Source of the DNA: Psychrobacter sp. ER1
GTDB lineage: Bacteria > Pseudomonadota > Gammaproteobacteria > Pseudomonadales > Moraxellaceae
Direction: 5' to 3'
DNA length: 24,000 bases
Assembly (NCBI RefSeq): GCF_048631835.1
Contig: NZ_CP184640.1
Coordinates: 3,205,461 to 3,229,460 of the forward strand
The notes below the pieces were generated by a model. That model was not told the DNA's origin. It searched no databases and saw only the letters and a program-made list of their open reading frames with translations. Positions 1-10,654 of this stretch are shown here, in pieces. The number at the start of each line of letters is the position of its first letter. The first letter of the stretch is position 1. Made by a program: the position numbers and the translations under genes.

Positions 1-156
1 TATAAGCTCATACGTGAGTCACAAGTGAAATAATTCGCTCAACCGAACGAATTGTCGCTGAATGGTGCCTACATTGGTATTTTTGGGTTCAAGGGGTGTA
101 AAATAAGCGTGGTTTGTTTTACACCCTACTCATTTCTACGCCATACCGAAAATATT

Positions 157-1311
157 ATGAAAAACACTATATACAGCTCATCTTCCAAAAAACCTCTGCA
201 CCTTACCTTAGTAGGCGTCGTCAGCCTTGCTAGTACTTTAGGACTCAGCGCTTGCCAGCAAACCCCAGACTATAATTATCTGATCGGTGAGACGATGGGG
301 ACGAGCTATCATATTAGCTATCAGTTGCCTGATGATGCGGACGAAGCTGCCATACAAGCTGCGGTAGACGAGCGTCTAAAACAAATTAACGATAGCATGT
401 CTACTTATCAAAATGACTCAACGATATCTACATTCAATCGTTTGGGCAAAGACAAACCTATCACTATCGATGCTGATTTTAGTCGTGTGCTAGATGTCTC
501 GAAAATTGTCTATCAGCAATCTGGCGGTGCCTTTGACCCTACTGTTATGCCACTCGTAAACACATGGGGCTTTGGGAGTACCATGACGGTCGAGCGCCTA
601 CAAAGTCCACCGACTGCCGTTGAGATTGCTCAAGCAAAAGCATTGGTCGATTTTGAGAGTATCATAAAGAAAGATGACACCATCTATAAAACCAAAGACG
701 GCGTTGGTTTAGATTTTTCTGCTGTTGCCAAAGGTTATGGCGTCGATGTCATCGCTGACGTATTGAGAGAGGATTATCAAATTCGTAATTATATGGTTGA
801 GATTGGCGGTGAAATAGCCACTTCTGGTGTCAATAATCAGCAGCAACCATGGCAAATTGCGATTGACGCTCCTATTGAAGGCAGTACTGTCAGTGAACGT
901 CAAACCATATCTGCTATTCGCCAACCAAAGAATACGGCTAGCCAAATGCATCTAGCGACCTCTGGTAACTATCGCAACTCTGTTATATTCGATGGCAAAC
1001 GCTATAGCCATACTATCGACCCGACAACGGGTAACCCTATTGCAGGCGGCGCACCTTCAGTCACTGTCGCAGCTGACTCTGTGGCGTTAGCGGATGCATG
1101 GGCAACCGCCCTTACCGCGATGCCTTATCACAAAGCACTAGATCTCGCTAAAACGCAAAATCTAGCAGCCATGTTTGTGGTGCTAGCTGATGATGTAAAA
1201 GCAAAAGGTTCTGACGATATGTCTAACGAAGCTGCTGACGATGATATTGACGACTGGCAGGTGGTACAGACACCAGCGATGAAAGCGTTACGTGCTGATA
1301 AAAAGCTATAA
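157..1311 (+). CDS. apbE: FAD:protein FMN transferase, ApbE-family lipoprotein
   Basis: The long ORF is 52..1311. The internal Met at 157 gives MKNTIYSSSSKKPLHLTLVGVVSLASTLGLSAC, a lipoprotein signal with lipobox LSAC. The body resembles the ApbE family. It is followed by nqrM, as at the 3' end of nqr operons. Confidence 0.85.
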   Translation: MKNTIYSSSSKKPLHLTLVGVVSLASTLGLSACQQTPDYNYLIGETMGTSYHISYQLPDDADEAAIQAAVDERLKQINDSMSTYQNDSTISTFNRLGKDKPITIDADFSRVLDVSKIVYQQSGGAFDPTVMPLVNTWGFGSTMTVERLQSPPTAVEIAQAKALVDFESIIKKDDTIYKTKDGVGLDFSAVAKGYGVDVIADVLREDYQIRNYMVEIGGEIATSGVNNQQQPWQIAIDAPIEGSTVSERQTISAIRQPKNTASQMHLATSGNYRNSVIFDGKRYSHTIDPTTGNPIAGGAPSVTVAADSVALADAWATALTAMPYHKALDLAKTQNLAAMFVVLADDVKAKGSDDMSNEAADDDIDDWQVVQTPAMKALRADKKL

Positions 1312-1431
1312 ACGTTCTTCAAGATCTAGACAGCACACTCTAAAAGCCATTAATGAGTGATAGATGTGAAACAAGAGAATACGTTAACGCACAACGAGCC
1401 GCACTAAAATTTGCTATACTATTATACAGTT

Positions 1432-1494
1432 GTTATTAACGGTGCTTAGCTGTCATCAACTTAGACAGCACTACTAATAACTGCCCTATTTTTT
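1432..1494 (+). terminator. Imperfect long hairpin plus T-run between apbE and nqrM (possible attenuator or terminator)
   Basis: gttatta/taataac and gtgct..ctgtc/gacagcac arms (1432..1481) with a bulge, followed by tatttttt (1487..1494). Confidence 0.3.
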
Positions 1495-1511
1495 AAAATG
1501 AGGTTTCCTCT

Positions 1512-1756
1512 ATGCTTAGCCAACTGCTTCCTATGCTTGCCATTACTTTTACCGTATTTGTCCTATTCTTTATTTTTATGGGCGTCGGTTATATGGTCAA
1601 AAAAAGCCGCTTAGAGGATCTTGTGGCGGTGTTGCCAAATTGATGGGCGATGAAAATTGCTCGTTTTGTGGTAATGATCCCAATAAGTGCGATTCACTAA
1701 TCGCTGAACAGCAAGAGAATGCATTAAGAGCTGCTCAATTGGGTAAATCGGTTTAA
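1512..1756 (+). pseudogene. nqrM: (Na+)-NQR maturation protein NqrM, frameshifted in an A7 run
   Basis: ATG at 1512 gives a TM segment, MLSQLLPMLAITFTVFVLFFIFMGVGYMVKK. The frame stops after the A7 run at 1599..1605. One extra A yields KKKPLRGSCGGVAKLMGDENCSFCGNDPNKCD..., the Cys-rich NqrM/DUF539 signature, with a stop at 1754..1756. Confidence 0.75.
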
Positions 1757-1812
1757 TAGCCTATTGGTTACCATACGCTGGTAGCGTTTACCTGACATAT
1801 TTTCTTATAATA

Positions 1813-1850
1813 GCGTCAAGTCCTGTAAAAGTGACTTGGCGCTATTTTTA
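1813..1850 (+). terminator. Rho-independent terminator after nqrM
   Basis: Stem gcgtcaagtc (1813..1822) pairs with gacttggcgc (1833..1842) with one G-U pair, followed by tattttta. Confidence 0.6.
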
Positions 1851-2151
1851 TTGTGCGATAAGACTGCTCATTTAAGATTCCTTATTATCGCCATCTCTTA
1901 TTATCACTGTTCTAAAGCCGTAACTCGAAGTAACCACACATACATTTTGACTAACTTGCCTGCCAATTTAGCAAAGTCAGTTAAGCGAATGTATGTCTTA
2001 CGCGCTACATATATTTTTCGGTCGCATTTAAGATATCGATTACCGTTTAGGTACGTGTCTGGGTAAATGCTCTCTGGTGTTATTTTATAAGCGGCGATTT
2101 CTTGGCGCTGTCTAATAACGTGTTCTTTTTCGCTGTCATCGTTGTGCTGCT

Positions 2152-3383
2152 ATGTCTACCTCGTCCAATCTATCTGCTTCATCTAGCCTGCCATCCTCGC
2201 GCTTTACCTTTTGGTTGGTGCTGTGTGCCATGGTTCTGCTAGCCACCAATATGCGTGCGCCTATCGTCGCACTAGGTTCTATCGCCCCAGTGGTAAAAGA
2301 CGCGCTTGATATCTCTGAGTTTCAGATAGGCTGGCTAGGGGCAGTACCTATGCTGAGCTTTGCCGTTGGTGCGCTGATTTCCCCAACCATTGGCAAGCGA
2401 TTCGGACTAGAAAACACACTGATTGCTATGATTGGGCTATTGACGGTAGGAATGGTTATCCGTACTGCTATCCCGACGTGGAGTGGGTTTTTAATTGGTA
2501 CTTTGCTACTTACCCTCGCCATCGGCTTCGCTAATACTTTAGCAGCACCGGTCATTAAACAACGTACCCCTCAACATATTCCGCTAATTACAGGGTTGTT
2601 CAGTTTAACGATGACCACAGCAGCAGGTATCGTTGCAGGCGTCGTATTACCGTTATCTGCGCAAGTAGGTTGGCAGTGGGCATTAGGCGGTTGGACAATA
2701 CTGGGTGTTTTTGCTTTCGTGATTTGGTTGTTCTTACGTGTGCGGTTGGGTTCATCCAACCATCAAGCAGTTATCCCTGCGGCGTTAGGTTCTTCTGATA
2801 TCTCTATGTGGCGAACCACATTTGCGTGGCAAATTGCGATTTTTATGGGATTGCAGTCATTATTGTTTTACACCGTTGCCAGTTTTTTACCATCGATTTG
2901 GGTCAGTAAGGGACTATCTGCCGTCAGTGCTGGACAAATGGGTTCTGTATTTCAGTTTATGGCACCGGTTTCTATCTTAAGTTTAACTTGGTTGGTCAAT
3001 CGTGGCCGCCCTATTCAAGCGCTAGCGGTGTTCGCCGCTGTGCTAAATGTCATTGGTATATTGGGCGTCAGTTATCTATCGACTGACTTGGCATGGCTAT
3101 GGTCAGGTATGATGGGCATGGGCTGTTCGGCGATTTTCACCTTGAGCATGATGCTGTTCTCTATGCGCACCTATACGACCAATCAGGCAAGTGAGCTGTC
3201 TGGTATGGCTCAAGCAGTTGGTTATATCATTGCGTTTTTGGCCCATTGGGCACAGGCTGGCTCCATGAAACAACGGGCAGTTGGAGTATGCCGCTTTTTA
3301 TTATGTTGATACTGATGATTGTCAACGTCGTGATTGCTTGGCTTGTTAGTCGTCCAGTGATGGTCGATGGCAAATATATTTGA
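2152..3383 (+). pseudogene. MFS transporter (CynX/YeaN-like), C-terminus frameshifted at a T5 run
   Basis: The 385-aa ORF is multi-TM and hydrophobic throughout. Adding one T at 3235..3239 restores FFGPLGTGWLHETTGSWSMPLFIMLILMIVNVVIAWLVSRPVMVDGKYI, ending at 3383. This is a typical CynX-family C-terminus. Confidence 0.72.
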
Positions 3384-3484
3384 TTGCTATAAGCCTTTGT
3401 TATTCATAAGGCCATAATTGCTAACGCGCAATAAAGCGGCTTTAAATTAACCTTAGGGCAATATAGGTCACTGTCTTATTTTGC

Positions 3485-3645
3485 TATAGTCAGTTCAATA
3501 TAACTTAGATACTTAATATAAGCTGGATACTCAATATAATCCGGATAAAAGGAAGGTGAGTGACAGTACTACCAATAGTAGACTGAGCGAGCCTGACGAT
3601 TCATCCGACTGATACCGTATCTGATTTAGATAGGATTTGACTATA
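3485..3645. mobile_element. MITE-like element related to the IS630-family copy at 8843..9749
   Basis: The termini are tatagtca...tgactata. The left 28 nt match the IS left end at 21 of 28 positions. There is no ORF. Internal 18-bp tandem units lie at 3508..3525 and 3526..3543 (15/18 identical). TA dinucleotides sit at both ends. Confidence 0.45.
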
Positions 3646-3678
3646 CCTTGGTTTGATTGCATATAGGACATAACACCC

Positions 3679-4533
3679 ATGATGAATTTCCCTTCTCGTT
3701 TTGCTCAGCCCTTGCCTGCTATCGCCATGCTCGCAGCTGTAATGGCTATCAGTGGCTGTCAAAAAGATACTGAAACCACATCTGCTACTGATACGCAGAG
3801 TACCAATACTGAAGTGACCAACAGTCAAGCTAGCACTGCTCCAGTAGCAACTGAAAACGCAGCATCAACTGATCAACAGGTCAATTCGTCATCACTTACT
3901 ATTTTAGCGCTTGGTGACTCACTGACAGAAGGTCTGGGAGTGGATAAAGATGACAACTATCCTGCTCAGTTAGAAGATCGTCTGCAAGAGATGGGCTACG
4001 CTAACGCCAAAGTTATCAACTCAGGCTTGAGCGGTGAAACCAGTACGGGATTGGTCAATCGACTGGACTGGGTATCGCAAACCAAACCTGACATCACCAT
4101 ATTGACTATCGGTGCCAACGACGCCATACGTGGTATCGATGTGGCAACCATTGAAGCCAATATTCGTACTGCGGTTAAGCACCTACAGGACAATGGCAGT
4201 GTCGTCATCTTAGGCGGTATGTCGATCTATGACAATCTAGGCAGTGAATACGTTGCGGCATTCTCAGACATTTATCCTCGTGTTGCTAAAGACATGAACC
4301 TGACACTTATTCCGTTTTTCTTAGAAGGCGTTGGCGGTGACCGAGAGCTCAACCAAGCGGATGCGATTCACCCGACTAAAGAGGGCTACGAGATTATCGT
4401 TAATAACAATATCTTGCCTATTCTAGAGCCTAAATTAAATGAACTAGAAGAGTTAAAAACAGCCGATACCGATAGCATAGCTACGACTGCTCAAGACAAT
4501 ACGATAAAAAATAAGACAAACGAGACTACTTAA
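3679..4533 (+). CDS. SGNH/GDSL hydrolase lipoprotein (TesA/arylesterase-like)
   Basis: Lipobox AISGC. It carries the SGNH blocks GDSLTEG, a Gly block (LSGETS), GAND and DAIHPT (DxxH). It is adjacent to a ybbA/ybbP-like ABC pair, as tesA is in E. coli. Confidence 0.8.
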   Translation: MMNFPSRFAQPLPAIAMLAAVMAISGCQKDTETTSATDTQSTNTEVTNSQASTAPVATENAASTDQQVNSSSLTILALGDSLTEGLGVDKDDNYPAQLEDRLQEMGYANAKVINSGLSGETSTGLVNRLDWVSQTKPDITILTIGANDAIRGIDVATIEANIRTAVKHLQDNGSVVILGGMSIYDNLGSEYVAAFSDIYPRVAKDMNLTLIPFFLEGVGGDRELNQADAIHPTKEGYEIIVNNNILPILEPKLNELEELKTADTDSIATTAQDNTIKNKTNETT

Positions 4534-4558
4534 CGAGACCATTAAACGAGATACTGTA

Positions 4559-5278
4559 ATGACATCATCATCTTCGACTGCCACAGCAACGCCACAAGCA
4601 GACGCTAAGACACAAGCCCTACTGACCGCCTCACAATTAAATAAAACCGTGCAAGTCGGTGAGCAAAAGTTGTCCATCATTAAAGACGTGGATATTTATG
4701 TCAATGCTGGCGAGTTTGTGGTCATCATGGGTAAATCAGGCTCGGGTAAATCTACTTTGTTAGGACTACTTGCCGCGCTAGACTATCCCGATAGCGGTAC
4801 GGTATCGCTGGCAGGTCAAATGCTTAGCAATCTTGACGAAGATGCGCTAGCCGTCATTCGTCAGCAAGATATGGGCTTTGTCTTTCAGTCGTTTCATCTA
4901 CTGCCCACACTAACCGTCGCTGAAAATATTGCCTTTCCACTTGATATTGCCAGACGTCCAAACCCAACACGAGTAGACGAGCTGATAGATGCGGTCGACT
5001 TAGGTCATAGACGTCACAGCTTACCAAATCAGTTGTCAGGTGGTGAGCAGCAGCGTACAGCGGTGGCACGTGCGCTAGTATCGCATCCAAAGATTGTGTT
5101 TGCAGATGAGCCAACGGGCAACTTAGACGAGCAAAATGCCGATCAAGTCATGCAGCTACTATTGGACTTACGCCAACAGGTTGGCTCGGCACTGGTGGTC
5201 GTGACTCATGACCCTGCACTTGCCGAGATGGCAGATCGCGTCATCACCATGCATGACGGCCGCATTGTACCTACATGA
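4559..5278 (+). CDS. ABC transporter ATP-binding protein (YbbA/LolD-like)
   Basis: Walker A GKSGSGKST, signature LSGGEQQR, Walker B IVFADEPTGNLD, H-loop VVTHD. Confidence 0.88.
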   Translation: MTSSSSTATATPQADAKTQALLTASQLNKTVQVGEQKLSIIKDVDIYVNAGEFVVIMGKSGSGKSTLLGLLAALDYPDSGTVSLAGQMLSNLDEDALAVIRQQDMGFVFQSFHLLPTLTVAENIAFPLDIARRPNPTRVDELIDAVDLGHRRHSLPNQLSGGEQQRTAVARALVSHPKIVFADEPTGNLDEQNADQVMQLLLDLRQQVGSALVVVTHDPALAEMADRVITMHDGRIVPT

Positions 5279-5297
5279 ATAACTGGATTGTATCTTA

Positions 5298-7925
5298 ATG
5301 AATAGTAAGCCCACAGACAACAAATCGACTGATACAGAAAAAACTGATACCAGTATGCATCAAGAGTCCAGTTATCCCAGCGGCATCCTTAGTCAACTAT
5401 TTACCCGTACCCTAGGCTCGCAAGCACTCAGCCGTAGCTGGTGGCAGCGCTGGGTATATCCTGTGTTGTTTCTACTGACTTTGACCTTGTCGCTTGCAAC
5501 CTACCTGACCCTCGACTCTGTGCAGCAGTCTGTCGATAGCTACATCAATGACAATCAGCGCGCGCTCGTTGGTGGGGATCTAATCCTAAACAGTAAACAA
5601 GACTGGCCAAGCGAAGTATTGTCACAGGTAGAAACTCTCCCTAATACACAGACCGTGTATGACTATCAGTTTAGCGCCATGCTGGTCAACGATGAGCAAA
5701 CCTTGCTTGCCAGCGTTAAAGCCGTCTCGCCCTCGTATCCCCTATACGGCACAGCGGAGCTTGCTTCCAGGACAGCCACTGTGGAATCAGCTAACATCTG
5801 ACAGTGTGATCGTCGCGCCAGAAGTACTCAGTAGTCTACAGGCCGATATCGGCGACCGTATCACCATTGGCGATGCGCAGTTTACGATCAGTGATGTACT
5901 GACCAAAAAGCCTGACCGTCCGCTGACTACCTTTGGTTTTGGTGGGCGTGTGTTAATGAAACAAGATGCACTTCCGTCAACCAACCTATTGGGTCAACGT
6001 AGCCGCATAAACTATCGTATCGAGATGGCAGGCGACCCAGAGCTAATAACCACGCAGCGTGAGCAGCTTACAGATATCCTGACCAATTATTCTGATATCG
6101 AGCTCTCTGATGCAGAGTCCGCAGACACTTCTGTCTCGCGTATCTCTGATAATGTGCTGATGTTCTTAAAGCTACTGGTCATCGCGGTGTTGCTACTATC
6201 TGCGGTCGCTATGTATGGCGTCATTAGTGCGTTTGTTAGCAAGCAGCAGTCCAATAATGCCATTCGCTTGGCGCTAGGCGAACCGCTTGGCTCACTCAAA
6301 CGTAGCTACTATCAATTGCTCATCGTAACGACCGTCATCGCTTGTATCGCAGCGATTGCCCTTAGTCTGGGCTTGCTCAAAATCGGCCAGCCATATCTGG
6401 TGGCTATCTTGCCTGCCGATGTGGGTCTAGCCATCAATCCAATCAGTGCTATTAAAACCATTGTGATTGCCTTAGCTCTGACACTACTGATTGCACAGCG
6501 TGGTTTAAGCGCACTTAACACGACCAAACCCGCTACCTTACTCAATCAAGGAGCGAGCACGCAGACACAAAATTTGCCTTGGTATCGACGCGTGCCGCTA
6601 CTGTGGTATGGCTTGGTGCTGGCAGGGTTGTATGCTTTCTTTGCTTATGAAGTTGGCTCACTGTCATTAGGCGCACAGTTATTGGGCGGCTTGATTGGCT
6701 TTGTGGCGATATTTTGGTTATTGGCGCGTGGGTGGCTCTGGTTGCTTAACAAGTTAGCAAGCAATACTAAGGTCAGTTGGATGCAGCGTATCGCCATCCA
6801 TAACCTTGCGCGTAAAGGCAACCAATCAGCGTTGTTCTTTGTCACCTTATCACTATCGGTAGCGGTGCTGACGCTCATTACCACGCTCAATCACAGTATC
6901 AATGCGCAGTTTATCAATGCCTATCCTGAAGACGCGCCTAATCTGTTTTTGCTCGACGTGCAGAGCGATCAACATGACGATATTGATGCAATCATTGGAG
7001 CGCCTGTCACTTATTATCCCGTCATTCGTGCGCGTGTGGAGACAGCAAATGATGTGGCGGCAAAAGATATCGAGCCTGCTGATGGGTTTGATGATCCCAC
7101 GCGTGTCTTTAACTTGAGCTATGCCGATACGGTCATGGAGACCGAATACATCACTGAATCGCTCACAGACGACGCGCTATACACCCCTATCGATGCGACA
7201 AATGAGCAAATCAAACCATTGTCTATCTTGGACACTGCTGCCAGTATGCTCAATGTCGGTATGGGTGATCAGGTACGTTTTAACATTCAAGGTATCGAAA
7301 TCATCGGGCAAATTACCAGTATTCGCACGCGCTATGAGCGTGGCCCAAGTCCGTATTTTTATTTCTTGTTTGAACCGTCTGTCCTATCCGCTGCCCCGCA
7401 GATTCAGTTTGCCACTGCCCACGTATCAGAAGACGCCATTCCAGAACTACAAGGCAAACTGGTACGCGAGTTCCTGCTGTCACTACGATTGATGGGACGG
7501 CTATTGCGAAACAAATTCAAGAGCTGGTGGTACAAATGAGCCGCTTGGTCTATGTGTTTACCTTGCTTGCCCTACTCACTGGCGTCATGGTGCTGATCAG
7601 CTCGCTGTTGTCTACTTCGCAAGATCGTATGAAAGACAGCGCGTCATTTAGACTGCTCGGTATGCAAAAGCGCGATCTGTATATGCTCAATATCCTAGAG
7701 CTGGGTGTGCTTGGTCTTAGCGCGGCGACGTTTGCGGTGGTCATCGCCAGCGTTGGCGCATGGGCAGCAATCACGCAATGGTTTAATCTACAATTTAGTG
7801 TGCCGTGGACGAGCTTGGCTATTGGCGGTGCGGCATTAGTTGTATTACTGTTTGCCATTGCCATTATTTATGTGAGATTGGTGATTGGACGCGGGATTAT
7901 GGCTAGGGTTAGGGCGATGATTTAG
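5298..7925 (+). pseudogene. FtsX-family ABC permease (YbbP-like), split into three ORFs by two frameshifts
   Basis: ORFs 5298..5801, 5659..7539 and 7527..7925 read as one continuous protein if the frame is shifted near 5765..5772 (YPLYGTAELAS/GQPLWNQL) and at 7473..7474 (VREFPAVTTIDGTAIAKQIQELVVQMSRL). It has multi-TM FtsX-like halves. Confidence 0.8.
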
Positions 7926-8271
7926 AGGTTATATTTGAAGACTTAGCAGAGATTAATGAAAGGTTAGTTTTTACAGCTAATCCTGCTTCAGATCGATAAG
8001 CTATAAGATGATATAGTTGAATGTGATTTAACGTTTTGAAAACAATTTCAAAATTAGAAAAATCGACTTTACTTCTATTAGGCTCTATTACTCTCTCTAA
8101 AAACTCTTTTTTACCATAAAATTTTGTTTGATCGGTTTTTTTATTAGAAGGATTAAATATTCGCTGATCAACTTTGGTTTGAAGTACATTTGAATCATAT
8201 AGCTTTTCTACATCAACATCTTTATCCAGCTGCAGAATATAAAGGTTATTGTAAACGTGATAAAACAACAT
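7909..8271 (-). CDS. Hypothetical protein, last gene of the retron islet
   Basis: An uninterrupted 120-codon ORF in visibly AT-rich DNA. It is co-oriented with the Toprim ORF and starts 20 nt after that ORF's stop, with an AGGGA-like RBS. I recognise no domain. The 3' end overlaps the ybbP-like stop by a few codons. Confidence 0.45.
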   Translation of the reverse strand: MLFYHVYNNLYILQLDKDVDVEKLYDSNVLQTKVDQRIFNPSNKKTDQTKFYGKKEFLERVIEPNRSKVDFSNFEIVFKTLNHIQLYHLIAYRSEAGLAVKTNLSLISAKSSNITSKSSP

Positions 8272-8291
8272 TATCCCTACTGTCGGAATAT

Positions 8292-8842
8292 TTATTTTTT
8301 AATAGTTTTATCGAATAATTTCTCAGCCATTTTGATGACATCGTTACCTGCTTTATCACCATCTAGAAGAATAATGCAAGGGAACTTGCTGATAGCTATT
8401 GATTTATCTATAAGCTGATATTCACTTAGAAATTTGTTTATCAGACCTGTTCCACCTTTCATACCAGTGAAATGCGAAAAACGTTTAGTATTACCTAAGT
8501 AGGTAAACTTTATACTGGTATTATGAGCATTATAGATAACTTTGTAAGCAATTCTCAAATGACGAGGGTCAGTAAAACCTTCACCTATCACTATTGTTCT
8601 GTATGGATAAATAAAATTGTAATGGAATAAAAATTTCGTATATAATTTTTGAAGACCTTTCATATCGCAATATTTAATATGGCCGTCATCTACCACCAGG
8701 TTTCTATCACGTTTAATATAATAAATAAAACTAAGTATTCCATTCAATGAGTTATCATTCGCTATGTTAACTCTCCTATGCTCAGAAGATTTGAAATACA
8801 TACCTGTCATACAATATTGATTTACCATAGACCTAGTATATC
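8292..8842 (-). pseudogene. Toprim-domain C-terminal portion of an interrupted RT-Toprim protein (or a separate Toprim effector)
   Basis: IVIGEGFTDPRHL (Toprim Glu motif) and ILLDGDKAGNDV (DxD motif). The first ~30 codons of the annotated 213-aa ORF are IS-derived. The native sequence starts immediately at the IS left end. Confidence 0.6.
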
Positions 8843-9749
8843 TATAGTCAGTCCAAAATAGAAAAGGTACAATGCTTTTAAACCAAGCAAAGAGAAATAT
8901 AAAAGATGACCTACTCAGCAGATTTTCGAGCACAAGTTATCAAAAACATTGAGCAAAAGACATGAGCATCCGTCAGGCCTGTATTTTTTATAATATCAGC
9001 AAGAGTACACTACAGCGCTGGCTTATAGACCCAAGCATCCAAACGACCAGAGTCAAAACGCCAAGCAGTATACCCAATGAAGCTCTTCTACAAGACGTTA
9101 ATCAATACCCAGATGACTATCTATATGAGCGAGCTCGTCGTTTAAACTGTAGTAAATCAGGTATTGGCTATGCCTTAAAAAGATTAAATATCAGCCAAAA
9201 AAAGACCTTAGCACATCCAAAAGCGTGTTCAATAAAAAGAGCGGTATATAAGAATAAGCTTGATCATTTTAAGCAGCAAGGCTATCCCGTTGTCTATATG
9301 GATGAGAGTGGCTTTGAGGCTGAAACTATTCGTCCTTATGGCTACGCACCGATAGGTAAACCTTGTATTGATAGCTATAATTGGCAAGCTAAAAAACGTA
9401 CCAATGTCATCGGTGCTCTGTATGAAAAGATGCTTTTTGCGCTTGATTACTTTGAGAAAAACATCAATGGCGATATATTCTATGACTGGTGCAAATATAC
9501 GCTCATTCCAAGCCTTAAAACTAAATGCGTAATCGTCATGGATAATGCCAGCTTTCATAAACGAGTGAAAAGTCTTCTGAATAGGCATGGTCACAGGCTT
9601 TTATTTCTACCATCCTATAGTCCTGACTTAAATCCTATTGAAAAGAAATGGGCACAAGCTAAGTTTCTACGACAAGGTTGGATGGAGAATAATCTACCTA
9701 AACTATTTCATAATATGGGTTGTACTTCTTTTATTTTGGATTGACTATA
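8843..9749 (+). mobile_element. IS630-family insertion sequence (about 0.9 kb)
   Basis: The terminal inverted repeats tatagtcagtccaaaatagaaaaggtac (8843..8870) and the reverse complement of 9722..9749 match at 24 of 28 positions. TA dinucleotides sit at both ends, consistent with TA target duplication. It encodes a DDE transposase. Confidence 0.8.
8906..9744 (+). pseudogene. IS630-family DDE transposase, N-terminal frameshift in an A4 run
   Basis: MTYSADFRAQVIKNIEQK joins MSIRQACIFYNISKSTLQRW (HTH) if one A is added at 8955..8958. The catalytic triad context is VVYMDESGF, VIVMDNASFH and SPDLNPIEKKW. Confidence 0.8.
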
Positions 9750-10631
9750 GTATTCTTTTCTTATATTTACTTTTTTGTTTACGGATAAAGAAGTTACTTC
9801 TTGTCTTTCATTATTAGTATAAAGACGTGTTTTAGACTTATTTACTTCAAATCCTGAGGATTTAATAATTTTTTCTAATTGAAGACCTACAATCCAACGA
9901 TCTTGTCGATGTACAGCAATTTGATATGGGAAGTCTTTGAGATTCGTAGAAAGTGTAATGTCATCCGCATATCTCGTATAATCAAGCTGATACTTTTTAG
10001 CTAAACGTAGAATCCTAATATCAAGGATACTGCTTATTAGATTACTAATAATAGGTGATAAAGGACTTCCTTGTGGTAGATATCCTTTCGTATTACCTGA
10101 CTCTCTGTAAGTTGCAATTTGAGCTATAGTAACTGCAACGTCCACGTCTAAAAGAAAGTCATTATTTTTGACGAAGTAACCTACAATACGGGGAAAATCT
10201 ATACTTTTGAAAAAATCTTTAATATCTAAATTAAATACGTACTTCTTATTTGTATGATTTTTTGCATTGCTGTAGATATCAAAACTAAACTTATTTAAAT
10301 AATGCTCATTATCTATTGTGCGTCTAAAGCCATGAGAAGAAAAACTTAAAATTGAGACAGGTTTCGTTAACTTTGATATTCTGTTGCACTCTATTTCTTC
10401 GTAACAATTACTTAAGAGCGTTGCAAGTTTTTGTTGTAACCGCTTTAAATCAGTTTTAGGAGCTAATATATCTCTGCTTCCTCCTGTCTTCTTCGGGATA
10501 GTAAAGCTATGATATTTATTTTGTGGGCTTTGGGCATAGATTATTGCTGTAAATTGCTTAAGGGAATAGCCTAAAATAGTAGCTAAATCTTTTCTATCAT
10601 TACATTTCTTTAGTGCTATTAAACTGCTCAT
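9750..10631 (-). pseudogene. Retron-type reverse transcriptase, truncated after motif 7 by the IS630 insertion
   Basis: NAKNH (the retron NAxxH region) is followed by LDIKDFFKSI. Also present are LPQGSPLSPIISNL, YADDITLS (YxDD, residues 221..224), SKTRLY and RQEVTSLSVN (VTG-like). The last 12 codons of the ORF are read from IS sequence. Confidence 0.85.
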
Positions 10632-10654
10632 GTTTTACATCATCTTGTTTGGTT

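Noticed and set aside
1938-1996. 9-bp perfect inverted repeat (acatacatt / aatgtatgt) with partial inner pairing upstream of the MFS gene.
   Set aside because: A 9-mer inverted repeat at this spacing is expected by chance several times in 24 kb. I see no supporting pattern.
1836-2066. 76-aa ORF in the nqrM-MFS intergenic region.
   Set aside because: It starts inside the nqrM terminator, has no RBS and has an odd composition. It is probably non-coding.
709-7864. Many 60- to 120-aa ORFs lie antisense to or out of frame within apbE, the MFS gene, the SGNH gene, the ABC ATPase and the permease. Examples are 709..951, 2322..2555, 3996..4208, 4854..5114, 6312..6545, 6902..7117, 7121..7492 and 7550..7864.
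   Set aside because: They lie wholly inside well-supported genes, have no recognisable motifs, and are the shadow frames expected in longer coding regions.
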